Source of the DNA: Candidatus Doudnabacteria bacterium RIFCSPHIGHO2_01_FULL_46_14
GTDB lineage: Bacteria > Patescibacteriota > Doudnabacteria > UBA920 > 2-01-FULL-46-14
Length of the DNA: 64,000 nucleotides
Assembly (NCBI GenBank): GCA_001779925.1
Contig: MFEK01000016.1
Location: 78,504 to 142,503 of the forward strand
Direction of reading: 5' to 3'
Under the pieces are notes generated by a model, which did not search any database, was not told the DNA's origin, and saw only the letters and a program-made list of their open reading frames with translations. Shown one piece after another: positions 27,265 to 35,293 of the stretch. A program made the translations under genes and the position numbers. Within the stretch, counting starts at the first letter, position 1; each line of letters begins with the position of its first letter.

Positions 27265-28128
27265 TTATCGCCGCTTTTTTCGTTTCTCCCAAGAAGTTTT
27301 TATCTCATTATGCCAACTGCGGTAGAGACTGGGATGAATAGGAAAACCGCCCGAGGCTGTGGCATTAAACTCGGCCACCAGACGGAGGACCTGCGTCCTG
27401 GTTACCACGCGGTCAGCAAGCGTCATCTCCATATCCGATTCAATCTCTACGATACCGTCAATGACTCTGTTGAGTTTGAATATCCAGTCCAAAAAATCAA
27501 AGATCAGAAGAGCGGGTAAAAGCAAAAAAACCAGCGACACAATCGCTGACGCTTCAATCTCATCATGACGTATAAATGACATGACGCTGACGACGATTCC
27601 GGCACTGATAATGGTGACCAAACCTAACCACATCAGACCGCGCAGTTTCATATACAATCTCTGCGCCCAAAAAGCAGATTCTGCTGTCAGCTCCAAAAGC
27701 CGCCTGGGCCCAGGAGAGGCTTTGGTATCCCAGTAATCTACCGGACGATTGCTATGCTTGAATTCATTTATCACTTTGGTTCCCGCTCGGGCTTTCCAAA
27801 TTGCAAACTGACGGCGATTCACATCCCAACCAAGGCCTTCGCTGAGTACAGATTGCCTCCTCATGGTTTCGGCCATATCAAAAGTGTCCTCGGAAACGAA
27901 ACGCAAATAGTACCCTAAAGTAAAACCGCTAAGCGCAAAAATTACCAAACCAAGCTTGATGGATGGATTCAGATGACCTTCGCTGAGCAGTACCATCATT
28001 GCCCCCATCACCATCTGAATCCCCACGCCCCACTGCCATTCACGTGCCGCTCGATTAAAAAGCAGCCCAGCCAAGTGGTTGAGCTCTTCGCCATGCTTGA
28101 TATTCTCAATAATATCCGGCTTCAACAT
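27265..28128 (-). CDS. 4-TM protein resembling S-4TM (SMODS-associated) effectors
   Basis: 2 TM, soluble YW...GPRRLLE...ESAFW..RLY, 2 TM, P..LY tail. Confidence 0.5.
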   Translation of the reverse strand: MLKPDIIENIKHGEELNHLAGLLFNRAAREWQWGVGIQMVMGAMMVLLSEGHLNPSIKLGLVIFALSGFTLGYYLRFVSEDTFDMAETMRRQSVLSEGLGWDVNRRQFAIWKARAGTKVINEFKHSNRPVDYWDTKASPGPRRLLELTAESAFWAQRLYMKLRGLMWLGLVTIISAGIVVSVMSFIRHDEIEASAIVSLVFLLLPALLIFDFLDWIFKLNRVIDGIVEIESDMEMTLADRVVTRTQVLRLVAEFNATASGGFPIHPSLYRSWHNEIKTSWEKRKKRR

Positions 28129-28306
28129 AGTGATTTCATCATAACATAAATTGAAAATGCCTTCGAAAGCGCCTGTTCCCTACTCGACGAAGGAATCTTC
28201 GGGGTGATTCCTCTCGGGTCCGCTTAAATAATTTTGTACAATTAGAAATGCTCCGGTCCATACTTGGGATCGGAGCATTTTCTTTTCACGTCAGCTCGAT
28301 AGCAAG

Positions 28307-29065
28307 CTATTGAGAGAACGCGAAATTCACAGTAATGGTGGTCACAACCGGCACCGGCTCGCCATTGAGCAGAGTTGGTTCGTAACACCACTGTTTGACT
28401 GCGTCGAGCGCAGCTTGGACGAGCAGTGGATGTCCTGTCAGCACTTTCAGTTTTTCAATCTTGCCGGCAGTGCTGATCTCAGCCTCCAAAACTACCACTC
28501 CTTGAACGCGCGCTTGTCTGGCGAGAGCTGGATATACAGGCGTAACTTTACATTTCAAATTAGCAGCCTGGACATTGCCCCCAACACGGACGCGCTCAGG
28601 AGTTTTTGGCGCTGGTGGGGGTGGAGGAGGCGGTAGAGGCGCGGCTTCTGGCGTGTCGCCGCTCGGGAATGGAAATCTTGCCCGATCAGAACCACCACCT
28701 GGAATCCCTCCCGGAACTCCGCCTGTCACACCCGTATTATCCTTGGGAGGTTCCGGAACAAAAAGATCAGGTCCTGGAATGTCCCTTGGAATAGACGGCG
28801 GTGCGGTAAATCTATCGTCTACTTTCGTCTCTGTTTCTCTGGGTTTCTCCTTTTCTTTCGTAAACACTTCAACATCAGGTGTTTTCTTTTTTTCCGGCGG
28901 CGGAGCAAACAGCTTATCAGCGAGCACGACTGCCGGAGTGTTGGTGATGAAAAGCGGCACTAGGATTAGCAATGCTACGACCAGCACTTGCGCTGCTGTC
29001 GAAAGAATCATGGCCAAACCAAACCGCTTGCGGTTTTTACCGTTGAGTTGTGAATTTTCGAACAT
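28307..29065 (-). CDS. tonB: Energy transducer TonB
   Basis: N-terminal TM, Pro-rich linker, PVYPALARQARVQGVVVL, AALDAVKQW.YEPTLLNGEPV. Confidence 0.9.
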   Translation of the reverse strand: MFENSQLNGKNRKRFGLAMILSTAAQVLVVALLILVPLFITNTPAVVLADKLFAPPPEKKKTPDVEVFTKEKEKPRETETKVDDRFTAPPSIPRDIPGPDLFVPEPPKDNTGVTGGVPGGIPGGGSDRARFPFPSGDTPEAAPLPPPPPPPAPKTPERVRVGGNVQAANLKCKVTPVYPALARQARVQGVVVLEAEISTAGKIEKLKVLTGHPLLVQAALDAVKQWCYEPTLLNGEPVPVVTTITVNFAFSQ

Positions 29066-29232
29066 TTTCCCTCCTACGAGGTGGGAAAGTTGCAGGTGCC
29101 CGTTTGCACAGTACACGTCTCGAGAGCTCTCGGCTCCCCGGCAATTTCAGCCAAAGTAGGACCGACTATGCACGTCTCCTGCAGTTACACTTAATATCAT
29201 TGTAGACCTGTCATTTAAAACGTCAAGAAAAA

Positions 29233-29272
29233 ATAACCCATAGGCTTCACGATCGTGAAGCCTATGGGTTAT
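29233..29272. repeat. Perfect 40-bp palindrome (CTTCACGATCGTGAAG core)
   Basis: ataacccataggcttcacga|tcgtgaagcctatgggttat. Confidence 0.9.
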
Positions 29273-29349
29273 CGGATTTGAATACAAAAAACACAAGCCG
29301 CTGGACATCCATTTCTGGACGCCAGCGGCTAAGTTATCCATGCGAGCCC

Positions 29350-29577
29350 CTACCTCTTATTCTCGGTTCTCGCGAGAAGTAAACTGCGCAGTCGCCTCTC
29401 TTCCTTGGCCGGCTTTCGCAAAAAGAAAGCCTCAGCCTCGCGAATGGCTTGCACTTCTCGCGCACAACTCACGCACTGTCGCACATGTTGAGCCATGCGT
29501 GTGTGCTGATGGCCAAATGTCACCGCCTTCGCAAAAAAAACCTGCAGCCTTCTGAAGTCCCTGCAATTTTCAATCAT
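29350..29577 (-). CDS. zf-HC2 (anti-sigma-type zinc finger) small protein
   Basis: N-terminal Cys plus HVRQCVSC (HxxxCxxC); SD GGAGG. Confidence 0.65.
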   Translation of the reverse strand: MIENCRDFRRLQVFFAKAVTFGHQHTRMAQHVRQCVSCAREVQAIREAEAFFLRKPAKEERRLRSLLLARTENKR

Positions 29578-29589
29578 TGGCTTCCTCCT

Positions 29590-30141
29590 TCAACGCACTG
29601 CGGCAAGTTGCTGACCGACGACCGGTGCAGGCTTTGATTTTTGCCACCGCGGAGGTGGCGTATCCGGACTCCAGAAACCCATGATTCCTCCAGATCGAGG
29701 CTGGTATTGTTGGTCAACTACACGCACTCCTTTTATAGTTTCCAATGGACGGCGAAAGTGCGAGCCAGAGATCACAACCGGTTTGGATGAAAGGGGGATT
29801 TCGAAAATGATCGTAACATTTCCTGAGCTTTGACTGTACCAATTTACAAAGCCCAGTTTCTTGAACTGTGAATCCTGACCGATCATCTTCCATTCTTCAG
29901 CGGTAAAAGTGATTTGTAAGCGCGGCGGATTGGTGTAGTTTTGCTCTCCGAATTCATAGAAGTATCGGTAACCGTCAGTAGTCCGTTCGGCTCTGGTGCT
30001 CATCACGATACGTTCGCCCTTCGGATCACAATCTCCAAACAAAGCGCCAAGCTGTATTCCCAGGATTGATTTTGGGATTGGTGCAAAAGCCAGCCCAACC
30101 GCCACGCAAATCAAAACTGCCAAGACAAGTTTTTGTATCAT
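29590..30141 (-). CDS. Secreted/anchored hypothetical protein
   Basis: Signal-like N-terminus; SD GGAGG. Confidence 0.6.
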   Translation of the reverse strand: MIQKLVLAVLICVAVGLAFAPIPKSILGIQLGALFGDCDPKGERIVMSTRAERTTDGYRYFYEFGEQNYTNPPRLQITFTAEEWKMIGQDSQFKKLGFVNWYSQSSGNVTIIFEIPLSSKPVVISGSHFRRPLETIKGVRVVDQQYQPRSGGIMGFWSPDTPPPRWQKSKPAPVVGQQLAAVR

Positions 30142-30180
30142 ATTCTCCTCCGAGAAGTTCGAAATTTGCCTAGACTAATT

Positions 30181-31968
30181 TTACTCTGAAACCAGCATCC
30201 CTGCCACTATCCAAAACAGCAGACTCCCCTGCTGAAGCGACAAAAAATAGTGGTCGAAAAAGCCGAGGAACAGGAAACCTGCGAATGCAGTGAGCAGAAT
30301 TAACTTCTCCTGTCCCCCGCCTGCCATCCGGCTTGAGCCGTCAGGCGATTGGCGGGCAGGCCTATCCCCCCAGCCTCTTTTAAGAATTCCGTAAAGCACC
30401 CATAGAAATGCTCCGAGCCCGAGAATCCCAGTTTCGGCAAGAAGCAGTAAATAAATATTATGGGCAGGCTGGTGTAGATGCGGCAGGAGTTTGCCATCCA
30501 TAAAAGCGCGCGGATATTTTTCAGCCATCCCGTTATCCGACGGGATCTGCGCTAATGCTACGACAAAATTGCGCAAACCCACCCCGAAAACCGGATTGTC
30601 TTTGATCTCCCTCCAAGCGGCAGAATCAAAAAGCTGGCGATCGCGAATGCTTTCGTCCAAGACCTCCCCCATCCTCGCTCCTTCCCGAGGAGGGGGGTAA
30701 ATACGGTCTTTAATTTGTTTACCAAATAGAAACCAATTGGTACTGAAAGCAATCAATAGTAATAAAATGATAACTAATAACCGGCCGGGGAGATAAAACT
30801 GATTTCCTGTTTCACGCTGAGCTGTTTCCATCCGCGCAAACACTCTGTTTCGGTGAAACCGGCTTAGAATAAACAAAATAACTAGCGCCAAAACAGTTAC
30901 CAGCCAAACTGTTCGAGAAAAGGTCAGGGTCAGGCCAGTGGAGATGAGGATGAGGGAAAGGGCAAGAAATATTTCACGCGAAATACTTTTCACCCTCTCC
31001 CGACCCCTACCCTCCCAGCCTCCGCCCGAGGCTTCGGCGGACACAGCAAGGGAGGGGAATTCCTCCCCCTTGAGGGGGGAGGATACAGGTGGGGGTGTAG
31101 TTTGCCGAGATTTAGCATAGATAAGCGAAATACTGGCAAGCAATCCAACAAAAAGGAAGGCTCCGAGCAAATTTGGATGAGGAAACGTGCCATATGGCCG
31201 AATTATAGGAATAAAATCCTTACCACCCGCCATTATTTCATCGAAACGAAGATATTTCACAGAAATAAGGCTGTGAGTATAAAATTCCGCGATTCCCTTC
31301 ATACCTGATGTAAAAAACGTTTCACCGAAATGTTGAAATCCGAGAGAATGTTGATCAAAGTACTGAAGAATGCCGATTACCGACTGAATAACCGCTCCCG
31401 TCACAATTAGCCAAAGTGTGGTCCGTATTTCTGTGAAACGTATATTTTGTTTCATGTAGAGAAAAACCAACAAAAATTCCGATATTTTCACAAAACCGTA
31501 GAAACTAAGCAACGGTTTCTGTGAAATGGTAATAGAAATGCCTAAGATAAGCCAAAAAACCATTGTGGATTTAATGAGGACATCTTGTGAAATACTGGTG
31601 TATATCTTGTGGAATAACCCCTCACAACCTCCCCTTACCTTAAGGGGAGGAGTCATCGTTGGTTTTTCCTCCCCCTTGAAATAAGGGGGATTGCCCGCCT
31701 CGCCGAGACGAGTCGAGGTCGGGAGGGGGTCATGTTTCTGTGAAACACAAATTTCATACAACCAGCTCAATATCAGAACACAAATCAATATATCTGTCAA
31801 GTATATAAAAATTGTGTGGTAAAAAATATGATAACCAAAGAAAAAACTCGTTTCTGTGAAATACGCACGGTTGATGTTAAAGGGCAAAAGTAGAACCAAA
31901 GCATAAAAAAACAGCTTGGAAAGAGGAACACTTCTTATTATTTGGTATACGCTCTTACCTTGAGGCAT
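30181..31968 (-). CDS. O-antigen ligase (Wzy_C) family protein with four in-frame repeat insertions
   Basis: RPYGTFPHPNLL, TFSR, PVFGVG, HNIYLLLLAETG, FDHY. Confidence 0.88.
   Translation of the reverse strand: MPQGKSVYQIIRSVPLSKLFFYALVLLLPFNINRAYFTETSFFFGYHIFYHTIFIYLTDILICVLILSWLYEICVSQKHDPLPTSTRLGEAGNPPYFKGEEKPTMTPPLKVRGGCEGLFHKIYTSISQDVLIKSTMVFWLILGISITISQKPLLSFYGFVKISEFLLVFLYMKQNIRFTEIRTTLWLIVTGAVIQSVIGILQYFDQHSLGFQHFGETFFTSGMKGIAEFYTHSLISVKYLRFDEIMAGGKDFIPIIRPYGTFPHPNLLGAFLFVGLLASISLIYAKSRQTTPPPVSSPLKGEEFPSLAVSAEASGGGWEGRGRERVKSISREIFLALSLILISTGLTLTFSRTVWLVTVLALVILFILSRFHRNRVFARMETAQRETGNQFYLPGRLLVIILLLLIAFSTNWFLFGKQIKDRIYPPPREGARMGEVLDESIRDRQLFDSAAWREIKDNPVFGVGLRNFVVALAQIPSDNGMAEKYPRAFMDGKLLPHLHQPAHNIYLLLLAETGILGLGAFLWVLYGILKRGWGDRPARQSPDGSSRMAGGGQEKLILLTAFAGFLFLGFFDHYFLSLQQGSLLFWIVAGMLVSE
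30846..31863. promoter_or_regulatory. Cluster of nine parS-like palindromes (RTTTC-N3/4-GAAAY)
   Basis: Copies at 30846, 30970, 31234, 31253, 31318, 31426, 31514, 31733 and 31849. Confidence 0.55.
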
Positions 31969-31982
31969 GATATAATATTTCT

Positions 31983-32657
31983 ATGGGGCTTCCAAAAAAC
32001 AAAGTTAAAATCGGGTGGTCGCCAGAATTTGCATATGCTATTGGGCTCCTAGTAACAGACGGTAGTTTATCAAAAGATGGCCGGCACATTAACTTTACCT
32101 CGAAAGACTTAGATCTCATAGAGACTTTCAAAAAATGCCTGCATTTGGAGAACAAGGTCGGAACAAAAACTGGTTATAGAAGAATAAAAAATATTTTTCA
32201 AATACAATTTGGTGATGTAAATTTCTATCGGTTTTTACTCTCAATAGGATTGATGCCGAATAAAACCAAAATCCTTAAGAAAATAGCCATCCCCGAGGAA
32301 TACTTCTTTGATTTTTTGAGAGGACATTTTGATGGGGATGGATCATTTAATTCCTACTGGGACCCACGATGGAAATCCAGTTTTATGTTTTATATGAACT
32401 TTGTTTCCGCCAGTGAAAATCATATAAAGTGGCTTAGAAATCGCATTTTTGAAACACTGCAAATACGCGGCCATGTCAGCAAAGCTCGACTCAGCAGTTG
32501 CTATCAGTTAAGGTACGCAAAAAAAGAATCATTAAAATTGCTGGATAAGCTCTACTATAGAAAAGTTGTCTGTTTGCATCGAAAATACTTGAAAATTCGT
32601 GATGCTTTATTTATAATTAGCAAGCTTCTAAAAAAGAGCAATGCCCGGGTGGTGTAA
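31983..32657 (+). CDS. LAGLIDADG homing-endonuclease-like protein (two motifs)
   Basis: YAIGLLVTDGSL and FLRGHFDGDGS; stop codon lies inside tRNA-Leu. Confidence 0.9.
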   Translation: MGLPKNKVKIGWSPEFAYAIGLLVTDGSLSKDGRHINFTSKDLDLIETFKKCLHLENKVGTKTGYRRIKNIFQIQFGDVNFYRFLLSIGLMPNKTKILKKIAIPEEYFFDFLRGHFDGDGSFNSYWDPRWKSSFMFYMNFVSASENHIKWLRNRIFETLQIRGHVSKARLSSCYQLRYAKKESLKLLDKLYYRKVVCLHRKYLKIRDALFIISKLLKKSNARVV

Positions 32658-32728
32658 TGGTAAACACGCTGGCTTGAGGTGCCAGTGGGGGAAACCCTGT
32701 GGAGGTTCAAGTCCTCTCCCGGGCACCA
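32643..32728 (+). tRNA. tRNA-Leu(GAG)
   Basis: CTGGC-TT-GAG-GT-GCCAG, variable arm, CCA. Confidence 0.95.
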
Positions 32729-32730
32729 AA

Positions 32731-32805
32731 GCGCACTTAACTCAGTGGTAGAGTACTTCCTTTACACGGAAGGAGTCGGGGGTTCGAATCCCTCAGTGCG
32801 CACCA
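32731..32805 (+). tRNA. tRNA-Val(TAC)
   Basis: CTTCC-TT-TAC-AC-GGAAG, CCA. Confidence 0.95.
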
Positions 32806-33066
32806 AATACTGCCAAAAAATGGCGGTTTTTTGTTGCTCGCAAAAAAATGCTGTTTTTGGCTAACTTTAGCCTAATTTATAAATAAAAATGGCTTAAATA
32901 AGCCATTTTTTCGCACAAAGCCCTTGATCAGATTGCTATTTTGTGCTAACATATACGGTTGCGTGCCCTATCCCTAACAGGGTAGGGTAGGCAACACCTA
33001 AATCGCACCTATGCCACCCCGCCTTCAAGCGGGATTAACTTTAAGAAAGGAGTTCTTTAATAAAGC

Positions 33067-33639
33067 ATGAATGCTACTAAATTTACCCTGATCGGCGTGC
33101 TCGTGTTGAGCTTTGCTCCACATGCGGCTTTCGCCCAATCTGTACCGGCTTATGAGCCATTCGTGTTTGAAATAAAAAATTCCCAAAATGTAAAAATCGC
33201 TCTTTCTGACCTGGATAATATAATTTTCGGCGATGAGCTTGCCAGAGAGAACATGGAGCATGAGCCGAAGGTTGATCCTCGCGCAGCGCCCTTAAGAGAA
33301 TATTTGAAAAGTAAAAATTCTCCGATGGCTGAACATGCTGAGGAGCTTCTCAAACACTATCACTACCGCTTGATTATTGGTATCTCTTTTGCGGAAAGTA
33401 ATTTCTGCAAACGAAACATCCGCCCCCACAACTGCTGGGGCATTGGCGGCGGGAAACCCGAGGTCTACACAGACTATGCGGCCGCTTTTGAAAGAGCGAA
33501 CGCGCTCATTCAAAAGTATCACGACGGCGGCCTGACCACTCCGAAACTCATGCGCAATCGCTGGGTCGGCTGGCAGAACAACAGCTGGATCGTGGCTGTA
33601 AACCAGGTTACCAAAGATTTGGAAACCAGAGGAATATGA
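33067..33639 (+). CDS. Secreted lysozyme-fold (glucosaminidase-like) protein
   Basis: Signal peptide; IIGISFAESNF..K...NCWG. Confidence 0.6.
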   Translation: MNATKFTLIGVLVLSFAPHAAFAQSVPAYEPFVFEIKNSQNVKIALSDLDNIIFGDELARENMEHEPKVDPRAAPLREYLKSKNSPMAEHAEELLKHYHYRLIIGISFAESNFCKRNIRPHNCWGIGGGKPEVYTDYAAAFERANALIQKYHDGGLTTPKLMRNRWVGWQNNSWIVAVNQVTKDLETRGI

Positions 33640-33705
33640 CAAAAAGCTCTTCGAGAAATCGAAGAGCTTTTTGAACTTATAACAGATAACTGATAACGTA
33701 TAACC

Positions 33706-34842
33706 ATGCAGATTGAATACGACATTGAAAAAGACAAATGGAATCAGTTCGTCGCGGACAACTCCAGCCCGGCTTCTTTCCTTCAATCCTGGCAGTGGGG
33801 CGAGTTTCAAAAATCTTTGGGATTGAAAATTCACCGGCTTGGAGTTGCAGGGGAGTCAGGTGAGTTGATTGCGGTTGCGCAAGCAATTGTCCGGCCCCTA
33901 CATCTAGGGAAAACATATTTGGAAATAACAAAAGGACCGGTCGCAAAGCGACTGGCGACTGGCTATTTGCAATTAGACTTGATAATTGAGGAGCTAAAGA
34001 GGATTGGTGAAAAAGAAAAATCCATAATGATTAGAATTAATCCCCCCTATGAAGATTTAAAACTATTCGCTAATCGCTATTCGCTAATCGCCCCCGCAAT
34101 TCTCTTGCGGCAAACCGAACCCAACGACACTGTCCTTGTTGACCTCACTAAATCCGAAGACGAATTGCTCTCGAGCATGCATGAAAAATCCCGATACAAT
34201 ATCCGACTGGCTATAAAAAAAGGCGTAAGGGTTGCGGAAAAAACGACGGACCGGTCGGCTTTTGATAAATTTTTAGAATTGATTGAAGAAACTGCCAAAC
34301 GCGATGGCATCACAGTCTGGCCGCGGGAAAGATTTGAAAAATTTCGGCAGCAGTTCATGATTCATAACTCACCCCAACCCTCCCTTACCTTAAGGGAGGG
34401 AGTTCCCCCTCTTAATTTAAGAGAGGGCGGGGGTGAGTTATTGAATTCCGATCAACCTCGCGCCATCCTCCTCACAGGCTCGTTTGAAGGCAAAATTTTG
34501 GCGGCTGCCATTGTCATGCTGTTCGGCGACAGCGGGACTTATCTGTATGCCGCGTCATCTGCAGAACAAAGAAATGCTAATGTTCCCAGCCTTGTACTAT
34601 GGGAAGCGATTCGCGCCGCAAAAATGGCTGGCAAAAAAAATTATGATATGTGGGGTATTGCGCCAGCCGGCAGTGATGAATCCCATTCCTGGGCTGGCAT
34701 CACGAGATTTAAAACCCGCTACATCAAGGCGGGGGAGACAGGGATGGAGAAACACTACACCGGTACATGGGATTTGATTTTAGATAAAACTTATCACAAT
34801 GTCTTCAAACTCGGAAAAATTTTAAAAAAAATTATAAAATAA
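33706..34842 (+). CDS. FemABX/FemX peptidoglycan bridge peptidyltransferase with in-frame repeat insertion
   Basis: FLQSWQWGEF, KSRYNIRLA.KKGV, YLYAAS, YDMWGI, GITRFK. Confidence 0.92.
   Translation: MQIEYDIEKDKWNQFVADNSSPASFLQSWQWGEFQKSLGLKIHRLGVAGESGELIAVAQAIVRPLHLGKTYLEITKGPVAKRLATGYLQLDLIIEELKRIGEKEKSIMIRINPPYEDLKLFANRYSLIAPAILLRQTEPNDTVLVDLTKSEDELLSSMHEKSRYNIRLAIKKGVRVAEKTTDRSAFDKFLELIEETAKRDGITVWPRERFEKFRQQFMIHNSPQPSLTLREGVPPLNLREGGGELLNSDQPRAILLTGSFEGKILAAAIVMLFGDSGTYLYAASSAEQRNANVPSLVLWEAIRAAKMAGKKNYDMWGIAPAGSDESHSWAGITRFKTRYIKAGETGMEKHYTGTWDLILDKTYHNVFKLGKILKKIIK
34364..34441. repeat. 78-bp double-arm CCCCTC/GAGGGG element inserted in frame in femX
   Basis: Ends ataactcacccc/ggggtgagttat; encodes NSPQPSLTLREGVPPLNLREGGGEL. 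Confidence 0.85.
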
Positions 34843-34899
34843 AAATACGGTCTGACGCACGCCATTGTGCGCCAAACCGTAAAATCCTACAGAGGGGAG

Positions 34900-35232
34900 T
34901 CATTCTGCTGCCACCTCCTCAAAAATCACTGCCTCAACCATAGCCCCAAGCGGCGGTATGATCATCTTACCGTTTTTGATTAAATCCCCGAAAGGACCGC
35001 CTGAAACAGGAAAGGCTGCCGCAAATTTTCCCCAGAGTATCACCGCCGCATAGCCTGACTCGCCTGGAAATTGAATTCGCCCTTTTGCAAGGTTGTAGAA
35101 TTCGATCTGTTTGGTGACAATCCGCAGGCATCTGCCTTCCTTATTCAAAATTACATCCCCGACATTTAGGTCGGATTGCCGCACGGTTTCTTGTTTCCCA
35201 TTAACAATCCGGACCACAGTATTCTCGCTCAT
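34900..35232 (-). CDS. Hypothetical protein (ORFan cassette)
   Basis: SD TAAGGAGG; hairpin at about 34843-34883. Confidence 0.65.
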   Translation of the reverse strand: MSENTVVRIVNGKQETVRQSDLNVGDVILNKEGRCLRIVTKQIEFYNLAKGRIQFPGESGYAAVILWGKFAAAFPVSGGPFGDLIKNGKMIIPPLGAMVEAVIFEEVAAE

Positions 35233-35293
35233 AGTGCCTCCTTATGAACGTCATATTAGCATTAAACAACCTCGCTGTTAACCCCGCGCTATC

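Noticed and set aside
31983-32657. Group I intron or intein hosting the LAGLIDADG
   Set aside because: No interrupted host gene and no space for an intron core; adjacent tRNAs are contiguous
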